Assembly: GCA_046091025.1 (NCBI GenBank)
Contig: JBJTAW010000247.1
Coordinates: 1 to 34,203, forward strand
Length of the DNA: 34,203 bases
DNA from: Chakrabartia sp.
Lineage (GTDB): Bacteria > Pseudomonadota > Alphaproteobacteria > Sphingomonadales > Sphingomonadaceae
Direction: 5' to 3'
Both the position numbers and the translations under genes were made by a program. Shown here one piece after another: positions 1-8,545 of the stretch (position 1 is its first letter; every line of letters starts with the position of its first letter). Below the pieces are notes generated by a model that was given only the letters and a program-made list of their open reading frames with translations, searched no databases and had not been told where the DNA came from.

Positions 1-77
1 GCTCAGCACGACTAGATCATCGACAACAGACCGGCCGCTACGTGAGGGGAGGCCCTCATTATTTTCGGAGAAACTCC

Positions 78-743
78 TTGGCACAACCGATCATGCCTCA
101 TGCGACTGCCGCATGGCTTGTCGACAATAGCGCGCTCACCTTTGAGCAGATCGCTCGTTTTTGCGGGCTGCATATCCTTGAAATTCAGGCGATTGCCGAC
201 GAAACCTCCGGCACCAAACTGATGGGTCGTGACCCTGTGCGCGCGGGTGAACTGACGCTCGCTGAAATTGAAAAGGGTCAGGCAGATCCCAATTATGACC
301 TGGTGATGATCAAGGCCCCCGAAGCGCCGACCCGCACCAAGGGCCCGCGCTATACGCCGGTGTCCAAGCGGCAGGACAAGCCCGATGGCGTGGCTTGGTT
401 GATCCGCAACCATCCCGAATTGTCGGACGGGCAGATCGGCAAGCTGATTGGCACCACACGCAACACCATTCAGGCGCTGCGGGAGCGGACCCATTGGAAT
501 ATCGCCGACATCACGCCGAAAGACCCTGTCGCGCTTGGCCTGTGCTCGCAGCGAGAGCTGGATGCCACGGTTGCCAAAGCAGCTAAACTGAAAGGCATTA
601 AGGCCGTCGAAGACACCCGCCTGGAAGGGGATCGGGCTGCCCTGATCGAAGAGCTGCGCTCCGAACGTGACGCCGCCACCCGTGCAGCTAATGCCGCTGC
701 CGCCCAAGCGGAGGCAGAGCTTGGCACAGACCGGGACGCCTGA
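78..743 (+). CDS. trcR: DUF1013 family cell-cycle transcriptional regulator TrcR
   Basis: Motifs MPHATAAWLVDNSALTF, GPRYTPVSKRQDKPD and DPVALGLCSQRELD; TTG start at 78 with GGAGA RBS at 67-71. Confidence 0.85.
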   Translation: MAQPIMPHATAAWLVDNSALTFEQIARFCGLHILEIQAIADETSGTKLMGRDPVRAGELTLAEIEKGQADPNYDLVMIKAPEAPTRTKGPRYTPVSKRQDKPDGVAWLIRNHPELSDGQIGKLIGTTRNTIQALRERTHWNIADITPKDPVALGLCSQRELDATVAKAAKLKGIKAVEDTRLEGDRAALIEELRSERDAATRAANAAAAQAEAELGTDRDA

Positions 744-1827
744 CCCACAAACACCTGATGCGTCTCTGACGGCCGATGATAGTTTTACGGCCACCAGCAG
801 CGCGGGGTTAACCTATCCTTGGGGGAATTTTGCCCCGGGGCCAGGCCAACTTCATCCAATTGCTGATGGTATTTCTTGGGCCCGCATCCCGATGCCGGGC
901 TCTCTTGGCCATATCAACAGCTGGTTACTGGACGATCATGATGGTGTGGCTGTGGTGGACACGGGCATGCTTCTCGACACGTGCAGCGGGGCATGGAAGG
1001 CGTTGTTTGCCGGCGATCTGTTGGGCAAATCCGTGTCGCGCGTGATCGGCACTCATCTTCACCCCGACCATATCGGCCTTGCTGGCTGGCTGTGTAAACG
1101 CTTTGACACTGATCTTTGGATGACGCGCGGCGAATGGCTGACCGCCCGTATGGTGACCGCCGATGTGCGCGATACGCCGCCCGATGCCTATGTCGACATG
1201 CAGCGCGCGGCAGGCTGGGATGCAATTGCGGTGGAAGAGATGACATCCAAGGGCTGGGGTCGGTTTGCGCAAATGGTTTTCGACCTTCCGGTAAGCTCTC
1301 GTCGGCTGAAGGATGGCGATCTGATCGATATGGGTCGTCACCAATGGCGCATTGTCGTAGGATCGGGCCATAGCCCTGAACACGCCTGTCTGCTCAACGA
1401 AAAAACCGGGGTTTTGGTGTCCGGCGATCAGGTTTTACCGCGCATCAGCTCGAACGTCTCGGTGAATATCTCAGAACCAGAAGCCGATCCTTTGGGGGAA
1501 TGGCTGGACTCGATTGACCGGCTTTTGACCCTGCCTGCAGATCTCTTGGTCTGCCCGGCGCATGGCGAGCCATTTTATGGGCTGCATACGCGGCTTGCAG
1601 CGCTGCGCGACGAGCATCTCCAGCGGCTTGATGCCGTTCATGCTAAGATCAAAGAAACGCCTCTGCGCGCGGTCGATTGCTTTAGCCTTTTGTTCAATCG
1701 CCCAATTGATGCGCATACTCGTGAATTGGCAACGGGGGAGGCCGTCGCCCACCTTAATCGCCTTCTCTATGATGGTCGTGCGACGCGCAATGTAGACGCG
1801 GGCGTCCATTGGTTTCGCGCTGCTTAA
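721..1827 (+). CDS. MBL-fold metallo-hydrolase
   Basis: THLHPDHIG (HxHxDH), GSGHSPEH, SGDQVLPRI and PAHG motifs; TTG start at 721 chosen for GGAGG at 710-714 (ORF track starts at 667). Confidence 0.85.
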   Translation: MAQTGTPDPQTPDASLTADDSFTATSSAGLTYPWGNFAPGPGQLHPIADGISWARIPMPGSLGHINSWLLDDHDGVAVVDTGMLLDTCSGAWKALFAGDLLGKSVSRVIGTHLHPDHIGLAGWLCKRFDTDLWMTRGEWLTARMVTADVRDTPPDAYVDMQRAAGWDAIAVEEMTSKGWGRFAQMVFDLPVSSRRLKDGDLIDMGRHQWRIVVGSGHSPEHACLLNEKTGVLVSGDQVLPRISSNVSVNISEPEADPLGEWLDSIDRLLTLPADLLVCPAHGEPFYGLHTRLAALRDEHLQRLDAVHAKIKETPLRAVDCFSLLFNRPIDAHTRELATGEAVAHLNRLLYDGRATRNVDAGVHWFRAA

Positions 1828-2298
1828 TCACCCATCGATTTCAATTTCCAATATCGACGACATCACCATCATCCGCCGGGCGGCCATGCGGGCAAGGCGC
1901 AGCGTTTCCGCTTTGCGACGGGCCGCCGCCAAAGGGCGCGGTTCTGGCTCCCGCAAGATGGCCGCATCATAACGATCTGCAACGATGAGACCTGTGACAG
2001 AGGGTGCGAGCGATTCTCGATCAAATAGATCAAAGTCAAAGCCTTGCGGCACGGCCCAAAAATAGCGGTCACAATAATCGAGATAGTCCGGCCATTTGCC
2101 ATCACCCAAAAGGTCCGCGCGGGAAATTTTCACCTCAACGATGATGACTTCACCCTTGGGACCAAGGGCCATGATGTCGGCGCGGCGGCCATTGCCCAGA
2201 GGCACTTCGGCCACGCCCAAATAATCATGGCGATAGAGCATACGGGAAACGCCCCGCACAACATCGGCAGCGATAAGACGTTCGGCAGGGCTATCCAT
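1828..2298 (-). CDS. mmcB: MmcB family DNA repair protein (PD-(D/E)xK nuclease fold)
   Basis: EVPLGNGRRADIMAL, IVEVKISRADLLGDGKWPDYLDYCDRYFWAVP. Confidence 0.85.
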   Translation of the reverse strand: MDSPAERLIAADVVRGVSRMLYRHDYLGVAEVPLGNGRRADIMALGPKGEVIIVEVKISRADLLGDGKWPDYLDYCDRYFWAVPQGFDFDLFDRESLAPSVTGLIVADRYDAAILREPEPRPLAAARRKAETLRLARMAARRMMVMSSILEIEIDG

Positions 2299-2328
2299 GC
2301 CCTGCGTCTAACCTGTTCATGCGGGCAA

Positions 2329-2356
2329 GGACAAGGGCGTTGGCACGCCCTTGTCC
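2329..2356 (-). terminator. Perfect 12-bp hairpin downstream of the cell wall hydrolase gene
   Basis: GGACAAGGGCGT-TGGC-ACGCCCTTGTCC; U-tract is weak. Confidence 0.5.
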
Positions 2357-2369
2357 AAATCACATCCGA

Positions 2370-2999
2370 TCAGCGATAGAAAACATGATTGCCGACAGCA
2401 GCAATACGCTGCATCCGCCAACGTGGGTTGACCCGGCGGGCATGGAAAAACAGGGCATCCTCCACAGGGCCTTCCCACAAATCATGGGTGGCAATATGGG
2501 CGATGGCCTGTGCCGTCTGCCACTGGCGGCTGGTGCGCGCAATGGGTGGAAAGCCCTTCGCACGCACGAAGGAAAATTGGCCGGGCTGAAACACAACGCC
2601 GCAAACGGACGCGGGGAAGCGGCCAGAGCGAGTGCGGTTGAGAATGGTCTTGGCGACCGCCAATTGACCATCGAGGCTTTCGCCCTTGGATTCAAAATAA
2701 ATGGCGGACGCCAGGCATTCTGCATCGCGATCAACGAGATCAGTGCCAGAATGAATCGCAACAAGACCGGTTAAGGTCTGCGCATTGACCGCAGCTTCAT
2801 CCTCAGAAACAGGAATTCTTGTGTCGGATAAGGCACCTTCATCAGGCTGCTCAACCGCCTTGCGCGGGAGCTGCCGGGACTCAATGGTGCCGGGAATATC
2901 ATTGGCCCAAACCGGATTGGTCAGAGCAACGGCTGCAAGAGCCGCCAAAACGGGGATCGACAGCACGGCAAATGCTGCAGTCAGGGAGGTGGATCGCAT
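2370..2999 (-). CDS. Cell wall hydrolase, SleB/CwlJ (Hydrolase_2) family, exported
   Basis: CLASAIYFESKGES, CGVVFQPGQFSF, LFFHAR and GNHVFYR; hydrophobic N-terminal signal. Confidence 0.9.
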   Translation of the reverse strand: MRSTSLTAAFAVLSIPVLAALAAVALTNPVWANDIPGTIESRQLPRKAVEQPDEGALSDTRIPVSEDEAAVNAQTLTGLVAIHSGTDLVDRDAECLASAIYFESKGESLDGQLAVAKTILNRTRSGRFPASVCGVVFQPGQFSFVRAKGFPPIARTSRQWQTAQAIAHIATHDLWEGPVEDALFFHARRVNPRWRMQRIAAVGNHVFYR

Positions 3000-3161
3000 T
3001 CTGTTTTCTTTATCTGCAGGGGTCTGATCCGGGGCCACGCAAATACGGGTGCGGCTGGTTCATTCCCCTGTCTGCATTCGCGCCCAGAGCCCAATTACGC
3101 GGGTGGCGACACGGCGATGCGCTTTAAACTGAGAGCGCTCTTTCGTCTGGCCGCTGGTAAG

Positions 3162-3503
3162 TCAATGCGCGCCATCCATTTCAGCGGCGAACCGTGCGGC
3201 GTGTGCGATATCCAGTTCGACAATCCATAAGTCCGGGTCAGCTGCCCGTCTTTTAGCGCAAATCTGCGAAATTTCTTGTTCGTCTTCAATGGTTTGAGAT
3301 GAAATGGGCGTCCATTGATAGGACCCGTCAAGGCTCAGGGTGCGTTGCCAAACCCCTGTATTCACGCCCTTTTCCAGCGTGATCAGCAGAAGCGCGCCTG
3401 AAGTTTCATCGCCTTTGGCAAGAACCGCCGCCATGCCGCCCGATTGGTTCACGCGGCGGATCAGCGCATTCACATAGATCCCCGTCGCAAGGCGCGGCGT
3501 CAT
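3162..3503 (-). CDS. DUF1491 family protein
   Basis: VLAKGDETSGALLL and DPDLWIVELD motifs; usual position after ptsN. Confidence 0.8.
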   Translation of the reverse strand: MTPRLATGIYVNALIRRVNQSGGMAAVLAKGDETSGALLLITLEKGVNTGVWQRTLSLDGSYQWTPISSQTIEDEQEISQICAKRRAADPDLWIVELDIAHAARFAAEMDGAH

Positions 3504-3521
3504 GCGCCACAACCTGTGTGA

Positions 3522-3989
3522 TCAGGCCGCGTCACGCGTCTGACTGGCGCTGAACAGGACATAGATCGCATCCGCAGAGCCGGCCCCGCGCAGTTTGGCG
3601 ACGAACCCGGGATTGCGCAGCCAACGGCTGACTTGCGCCAAAGCCTTTAAATGTTCGGACCCCGCATCCGGCGGGGAGAGCAGGCAGAAAATCAGATCCA
3701 CGGGCAAATCGTCAATCGCATGCACATCGACAGGATTTGCGAGCTGAAGAAAAATGCCAACAACATGGTCCAGCCCGTCAATCTTGCCGTGCGGAATCGC
3801 GACACCGCCGCCAAAGCCTGTCGAGCCGAGACGTTCTCGTTCGACGAGCTTATCGACGACGTCGCCCGCGTTCAGATGATATTCGCGTTCAGCCATCTGC
3901 CCCAAAAGCTGGAACAGCACCTTTGAAGAACTCACCGTGCCCCCGGCGGCAATGGCCCCGGGGGATAAAAGGGATATGATCTCTGTCAT
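3522..3989 (-). CDS. ptsN: PTS IIA-like nitrogen regulatory protein
   Basis: ERERLGSTGFGGGVAIPH (phospho-His), PVDLIFCLLSP, HLKALA. Confidence 0.9.
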   Translation of the reverse strand: MTEIISLLSPGAIAAGGTVSSSKVLFQLLGQMAEREYHLNAGDVVDKLVERERLGSTGFGGGVAIPHGKIDGLDHVVGIFLQLANPVDVHAIDDLPVDLIFCLLSPPDAGSEHLKALAQVSRWLRNPGFVAKLRGAGSADAIYVLFSASQTRDAA

Positions 3990-4060
3990 GCAAGATCCAA
4001 ATATAGACTTTGGGCGGTGCGTTTAGCAGAAACAACGGTCACGGCAAGCCGGACAAAGGT

Positions 4061-4639
4061 TTAGGACTTTGCCTGCGGCTCAACCCAGCCAATTGTGCCG
4101 TCATTGCGCCGATAAACCATGTTGAACACGCCCGTTCCAGCGTTGCGGAACAGCAGCGCATTTGTGTGGCGCAGATCGAGCATCATCACGGCATCCGACA
4201 CGCTGGCTTCTGGCACATCGACGCGCGTTTCGGCGATGATGATCGGGTTATCCTCTGCATCTGGCACGTCATCGGGTGTTTGTTCGAATACCGTGTAAGC
4301 AGCATTTTCCTCAGGCAGAGCGACGTTATTTGGCCCGCTATGATCATCGCGCAGGCGACGCTTATAACGGCGCAACTGCTTTTCAATCTTGTCCGCCGCC
4401 CCATCAAGAGCAAAGCGCGCTTCTTGCGCACTTGCCGAGGCCTTGAGCACGACACCTCGCACGACATGCATGATGATATCGCAGACAAAGCCGTGATCAT
4501 GAGGACCTTTGCTGAAGGTCGCATGGGCACTGTGCGCGCGGGAAAAATATTTGGTCGCGATTGCCTGCAGCCGATCGCTCACTTGGCTCTGGAGAGCACC
4601 CCCGGTGTCGACTTGATGGCCTGAAACACGGATGTCCAT
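4061..4639 (-). CDS. hpf: Ribosome hibernation promoting factor (long HPF/RaiA)
   Basis: MDIRVSGHQVDTG, KIEKQLRRYKRRL, NMVYRRNDGTIGWVEP; AAGGAG RBS. Confidence 0.92.
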   Translation of the reverse strand: MDIRVSGHQVDTGGALQSQVSDRLQAIATKYFSRAHSAHATFSKGPHDHGFVCDIIMHVVRGVVLKASASAQEARFALDGAADKIEKQLRRYKRRLRDDHSGPNNVALPEENAAYTVFEQTPDDVPDAEDNPIIIAETRVDVPEASVSDAVMMLDLRHTNALLFRNAGTGVFNMVYRRNDGTIGWVEPQAKS

Positions 4640-4662
4640 AATTTCTCTCCTTTCACTGTCCT

Positions 4663-4689
4663 AGCTAGGAAGGATTTTCCCAACATCAA
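4663..4689 (-). promoter_or_regulatory. Putative RpoH-type promoter of hpf
   Basis: Minus strand TTG-N17-CCTAGCT resembles the alphaproteobacterial RpoH consensus. Confidence 0.4.
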
Positions 4690-4705
4690 CACAGTCAGCG
4701 TCAAC

Positions 4706-5428
4706 TTAGGCGGCGGCGCGACCCTCCTCATCTTCACCCAAGCCCCATAAAGGGTCGCTGAGTGTCATGATGAAAGCACGGTGGCGCTCAATCTCTGCCG
4801 GGTCTGCTGAATGTGGCCGGGGCGCGCGTGCGGGGCGCGTGGCCATAAGCGAACGACCTGGGTCACTGACCTCTGCATCTCTCATTAATGGGGCATCGGC
4901 CAGACCCAAACCTATTTGGCGCCCGCCCGTCAATTCCACATAAACTTGGGCCAGCAATTGCGCGTCAAGAAGCGCGCCGTGTTTAATCCGGTGCGACCGA
5001 TCAATGCCAAAGCGGGTGCACAGGGCATCCAAGCTGTGCTTGGCCCCGGGAAATTTGCTCCGCGATAAAGACAAAGTGTCGATCATCCGAGCGGGTGCAA
5101 TGTCCGGACGGTTGATCCGGGACAGCTCCTCATTGAGAAAGGCAAAGTCAAAGGACGCATTGTGCGCGACCAATGGGCTGTCATCGATAAAATCGAGCAG
5201 ATCCTCCACCAAGACCCCAAAGAGCGGCTTATCCGCAAGGAACGCGTCCGACAGGCCGTGCACCGCTTGAGCTTCAGGCGCCATGGGTCGTTCTGGATTA
5301 TAATAGGCATGGTAGACCCGGCCAGTCTCAACTCGGTTGACCAGTTCCACACATCCGATTTCAACAAGCCGATCGCCTAAAGCGGCGTTGAGCCCTGTCG
5401 TTTCGGTATCAAAAACGACTTCACGCAT
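4706..5428 (-). CDS. dnaQ: DNA polymerase III subunit epsilon
   Basis: ExoI DTETTG, ExoII HNASFD, ExoIII HGALLDA, ELTGGRQIGL. Confidence 0.95.
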   Translation of the reverse strand: MREVVFDTETTGLNAALGDRLVEIGCVELVNRVETGRVYHAYYNPERPMAPEAQAVHGLSDAFLADKPLFGVLVEDLLDFIDDSPLVAHNASFDFAFLNEELSRINRPDIAPARMIDTLSLSRSKFPGAKHSLDALCTRFGIDRSHRIKHGALLDAQLLAQVYVELTGGRQIGLGLADAPLMRDAEVSDPGRSLMATRPARAPRPHSADPAEIERHRAFIMTLSDPLWGLGEDEEGRAAA

Positions 5429-5436
5429 TGGCAGAT

Positions 5437-6030
5437 CTATCGGCTCTTTCTTTGGGAAAGGCAAGCGATGAGGCAACGCACTTCGGCGCGTGTCACCATC
5501 ATGGATGTGCCCGTTTCAATGACAAAGTCAGCCTTCTGCCGCTTTACATGATCGGGGATCTGCAAATGTCGGATATGGTCCAGTTTTGCAGGCGTCATAT
5601 TCTTACGGCGCAGCACCCGACGACGCTGCAAAAAGGCGGGGGCAGAGACAACAACCGTCACATCCGCCTGAGCCGCACCCCCTTTTTCAAACAAAAGGGG
5701 TATGTCCAACACCACTATCGGGCGGGATCGATTGCGCCGCAAAAAGGCCTGCCGGGCAAGAAAGACCGCCGGGTGAACAATATGCTCCAACGCGCGCAGT
5801 TCATCCGGCTTGCCCAGCACGGCCGCGCCCAATTTTTGCCGATCAACGCCCTGCGCACCCGTCGTGCCGGGGAAACGCGACTCAATCCGCGCGACAAGCG
5901 CTCCACCGGGGCCTTGCAGCTTGTGCACCTCAGCATCGGCATCAAACACCGGGACGCCCATCTGCCGAAACATGGTCGAGACGGCAGACTTACCCATGCC
6001 AATCGATCCAGTGAGGCCAATGCGGATCAT
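5437..6030 (-). CDS. coaE: Dephospho-CoA kinase
   Basis: IGLTGSIGMGKS P-loop, LEHIVHP, DIPLLFE. Confidence 0.95.
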   Translation of the reverse strand: MIRIGLTGSIGMGKSAVSTMFRQMGVPVFDADAEVHKLQGPGGALVARIESRFPGTTGAQGVDRQKLGAAVLGKPDELRALEHIVHPAVFLARQAFLRRNRSRPIVVLDIPLLFEKGGAAQADVTVVVSAPAFLQRRRVLRRKNMTPAKLDHIRHLQIPDHVKRQKADFVIETGTSMMVTRAEVRCLIACLSQRKSR

Positions 6031-6839
6031 GCCAAGAGCCTTTCCCGCAGATCCTCATCCCGATCGCGCGGCGGCGCGGCCCCAAAGAAGAGTTCAAAAG
6101 CAATGGCCGCCTGCCCGACCAGCATGTCCAACCCATCTACGATCTGAAGGTCCCGAGCGTCGGCAGCCTGAAGCAGCGGCGTCATCAAGGGCGCATAGAC
6201 AATATCATAGACCAAAGCGTCTTCGGGTAGGGGGGAAAGGTCGGGCGCGAAGGCGGGCTGCCCCACCATGCCAAGCGAGGTGGTGTTGACCAGCAATTGT
6301 GCGGGCGGAATTGCCGATTCGATGGGGCGAACATCGCCCTTCAGGCCAAATCGTGCCAAGAGCGCGGCCCCCTTTAATGGGTTCCGCGCGAGCAATGTGA
6401 CTGGCCCAGCCCCGACCCGAGACAAAGTAAAGAGGACAGCATGGGCGGCCCCGCCCGTGCCAACAACAACAACAGGCGCACCCGCCAAAGGCAAATCTGC
6501 AATCGGGCCGTAAAAGCCCCCGGCATCCGTGTTGGTGCCAAACAGGCCACCCTGATCATCGCGCGCAATGGTGTTCATCGCCCCAATGCTGGCCCGCACA
6601 TCGCCGGGATCAGCCACATGATCCATCACCGCAATTTTATGGGGCAAGGTGACATTGCACCCCCGCCAATCGGGGTCCTGTGCCCGACGCGCGATGAAAT
6701 CCGCCAGCGCGTCCGGCGTCACGTGCGTGGCCCGATAGTCAGCGTCAAGGCCAAGCGCTTCCAACCAAAATCCATGAATTAACGGAGATTTGGAATGGCT
6801 GATGGGGTCGCCAATGACCTCGGCATAGGGTCTGCTCAT
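6027..6839 (-). CDS. aroE: Shikimate dehydrogenase
   Basis: GDPISHSKSPLIH, CNVTLPHK, NTD, YDIVYAP, GLDMLVGQA. Confidence 0.95.
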   Translation of the reverse strand: MSRPYAEVIGDPISHSKSPLIHGFWLEALGLDADYRATHVTPDALADFIARRAQDPDWRGCNVTLPHKIAVMDHVADPGDVRASIGAMNTIARDDQGGLFGTNTDAGGFYGPIADLPLAGAPVVVVGTGGAAHAVLFTLSRVGAGPVTLLARNPLKGAALLARFGLKGDVRPIESAIPPAQLLVNTTSLGMVGQPAFAPDLSPLPEDALVYDIVYAPLMTPLLQAADARDLQIVDGLDMLVGQAAIAFELFFGAAPPRDRDEDLRERLLA

Positions 6840-7432
6840 TGCGGTGCTATTCCCGCTTCCCTCAAAAAAGCCAATAGGGGCAAAAGCGGCAGGCCAATAA
6901 TTGTCGCGTGATTGCCCTCGACCCGCTCAAATAACTGGATGCCGCGCCCTTCGATCCGATATCCGCCGACGCCAGACAATAGGCCCTCGCCCTCTTGGTG
7001 CAGATAGTCCGTGATGAAGTCGCGCGAAAGCGGGCGCATCGTCAGCCGCGCCTCTTCAACATGGCTCCAGATAACGGCTCCATCTCGAACAACAGCCATG
7101 GCCGCAAACAAGCTGTGCGTGCGGCCCGACAGAGTGGCAAGCTGCTCTGCCAACGCGGCCAGCGACGGCGCTTTGTCAAACATCACGCCATCGTCGAGCG
7201 CCAATGTTTGGTCGCAGCCGAGGATGAAATCGCCAGGTCGTTCCAAGGAAACAGAGCGGGCCTTTGCCTCTGCCAACCCCAAAGCCAAAGCGCGGGCGTC
7301 GGCGCCTGCTGCTTTCAGCTTCGCCTTTTCAGTCTCTTCATCGCAGAGCGCCGTCATGGCCTGATGCGATATCCCCGCTTGGGTGAGCAGCGCCCGCCGA
7401 CCTGCGCTTTGTGACGCGAGGATCAGAGTCAT
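6836..7432 (-). CDS. maf: Maf family nucleotide pyrophosphatase
   Basis: LILASQSAGRRALL, GCDQ, LSGRTH, GGYRIEGRG, IIGLPL. Confidence 0.92.
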   Translation of the reverse strand: MTLILASQSAGRRALLTQAGISHQAMTALCDEETEKAKLKAAGADARALALGLAEAKARSVSLERPGDFILGCDQTLALDDGVMFDKAPSLAALAEQLATLSGRTHSLFAAMAVVRDGAVIWSHVEEARLTMRPLSRDFITDYLHQEGEGLLSGVGGYRIEGRGIQLFERVEGNHATIIGLPLLPLLAFLREAGIAPQ

Positions 7433-8247
7433 TCGGAGGCGCCCTTGCGTTCGCCATGAAGGTTGATGATCGCGGCCGCCGCCTCTTCAATCGAGCGACG
7501 CGTCATATCGATGACGGGCCAATCATTATCGGCAAACATGCGCCGGGCGTATGCGACTTCCCGCGTGACCGCCTCTTGATCGACATAGTCCGTATCGGGC
7601 GCCTGATTCAACGCGAGCAGACGGTTGCGGCGGATCTGCACCAGCCGCTCTGGATTGGTCACCAGACCAACAACCAAAGGCTTGTGCAGGCGATAGAGCA
7701 AATCCGGTGGCGGGCTTTCCACGACAATGGGGATGTTAGCGGTCTTATAGCCGCGATTGGCAAGATAGATGGAGGTGGGTGTTTTGGAACTGCGCGACAC
7801 ACCAGCGAGAATGATATCCGCCTCTTCCCAATTTTCCCAGTTCAAGCCGTCATCATGGGCAATGGTAAACTGAATGGCCTCCACACGTGCGAAATATGCG
7901 TCGTCCAACAAATGTTGGAGGCCGGGCCGGGCTTTAAGGGGTTTGCCAAGCACTTCGGACAAGGCATGCAGCACCGGATCAATTGCGCCCACATAAGGCA
8001 AGCCAAGTGCAGCGCAGCGTTGCTCCAACGCCACCCGAATATCCGCATTCACAATTGTGAAAAGAACCAAACCGGGGTTCTGGGCAATGTCGGCCATAAT
8101 CCGATCGACATGGCGCGGGGTGCGCACCATAGGCCAATAATGCCTTACGGGTTCGACATCATCAAATTGTGCCAAGGCAGCCTTGGCAACGGTTTCCAGT
8201 GTCTCACCCGTTGAGTCTGAAACCAAGTGAAGATGCAGTCGAGACAC
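7429..8247 (-). CDS. ppsR: Pyruvate, water/phosphate dikinase regulatory protein (kinase/pyrophosphorylase, DUF299)
   Basis: HLVSDSTGET, FTIAHDDG, GVSRSSKTP, RSIEEAAA. Confidence 0.92.
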   Translation of the reverse strand: MSRLHLHLVSDSTGETLETVAKAALAQFDDVEPVRHYWPMVRTPRHVDRIMADIAQNPGLVLFTIVNADIRVALEQRCAALGLPYVGAIDPVLHALSEVLGKPLKARPGLQHLLDDAYFARVEAIQFTIAHDDGLNWENWEEADIILAGVSRSSKTPTSIYLANRGYKTANIPIVVESPPPDLLYRLHKPLVVGLVTNPERLVQIRRNRLLALNQAPDTDYVDQEAVTREVAYARRMFADNDWPVIDMTRRSIEEAAAAIINLHGERKGASE

Positions 8248-8545
8248 GCCATTCGCCCATTGTGGAAAAGCCTGGGGACGGGGCTAGCGGAAAGCCGTTG
8301 AGAAGCGCAAGGCCGACAATCTCAGCGCGTTCACGGAATAATGCCCACAGGGTTATGAACATTGAGCCCTTATCATCCCCAATTGTGGATAATGGGGACA
8401 GAAAAAGGCGACTCTCGCCAGCATCGCAGAGGTGAGAGAGTCAAGTTGGGGGTAAAAGCCGCTGAGCAACTTTATTCCCACTTCCAAGCGACCAACAATT
8501 ATCTACAACCTTTCAGAGTCTTTAATTATTGAATAGGGGGAGAGC
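8248..8545. other. oriC: Chromosomal replication origin (oriC) candidate
   Basis: Divergent ppsR/hemE intergenic region as in Caulobacter Cori; DnaA boxes TGTGGAAAA 8261-8269 and TGTGGATAA 8384-8392; near-matches TTATGAACA 8353-8361 and TTATCTACA 8499-8507; TCCCCA W-boxes; GANTC at 8410, 8438 and 8516; AT-rich end; parS/parAB nearby. Confidence 0.85.

Noticed and set aside
12-794. Long antisense and alternate-frame ORFs, e.g. 12-794 (-), 7411-8214 (+), 15984-16922 (-), 20710-21891 (-), 26465-27577 (+)
   Set aside because: Shadow ORFs of high-GC genes with clear family motifs on the opposite strand; no recognisable domains
2304-2318. LexA (GTTC-N7-GTTC) box upstream of mmcB, expected because mmcB is SOS-regulated in Caulobacter
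   Set aside because: Only one GTTC half-site (2315-2318); the partner position does not match
2341-2354. Sigma54-like TGGCACGCCCTTGT
   Set aside because: Lacks the -12 GC, lies within the hairpin, and has no credible plus-strand gene downstream
8169-8435. 88-aa ORF in the ppsR-hemE interval
   Set aside because: No recognisable motif or RBS; it overlaps DnaA boxes and the region is better explained as oriC
8511-8536. CtrA site in the origin
   Set aside because: Only a single TTAA; no TTAA-N7-TTAA in either direction
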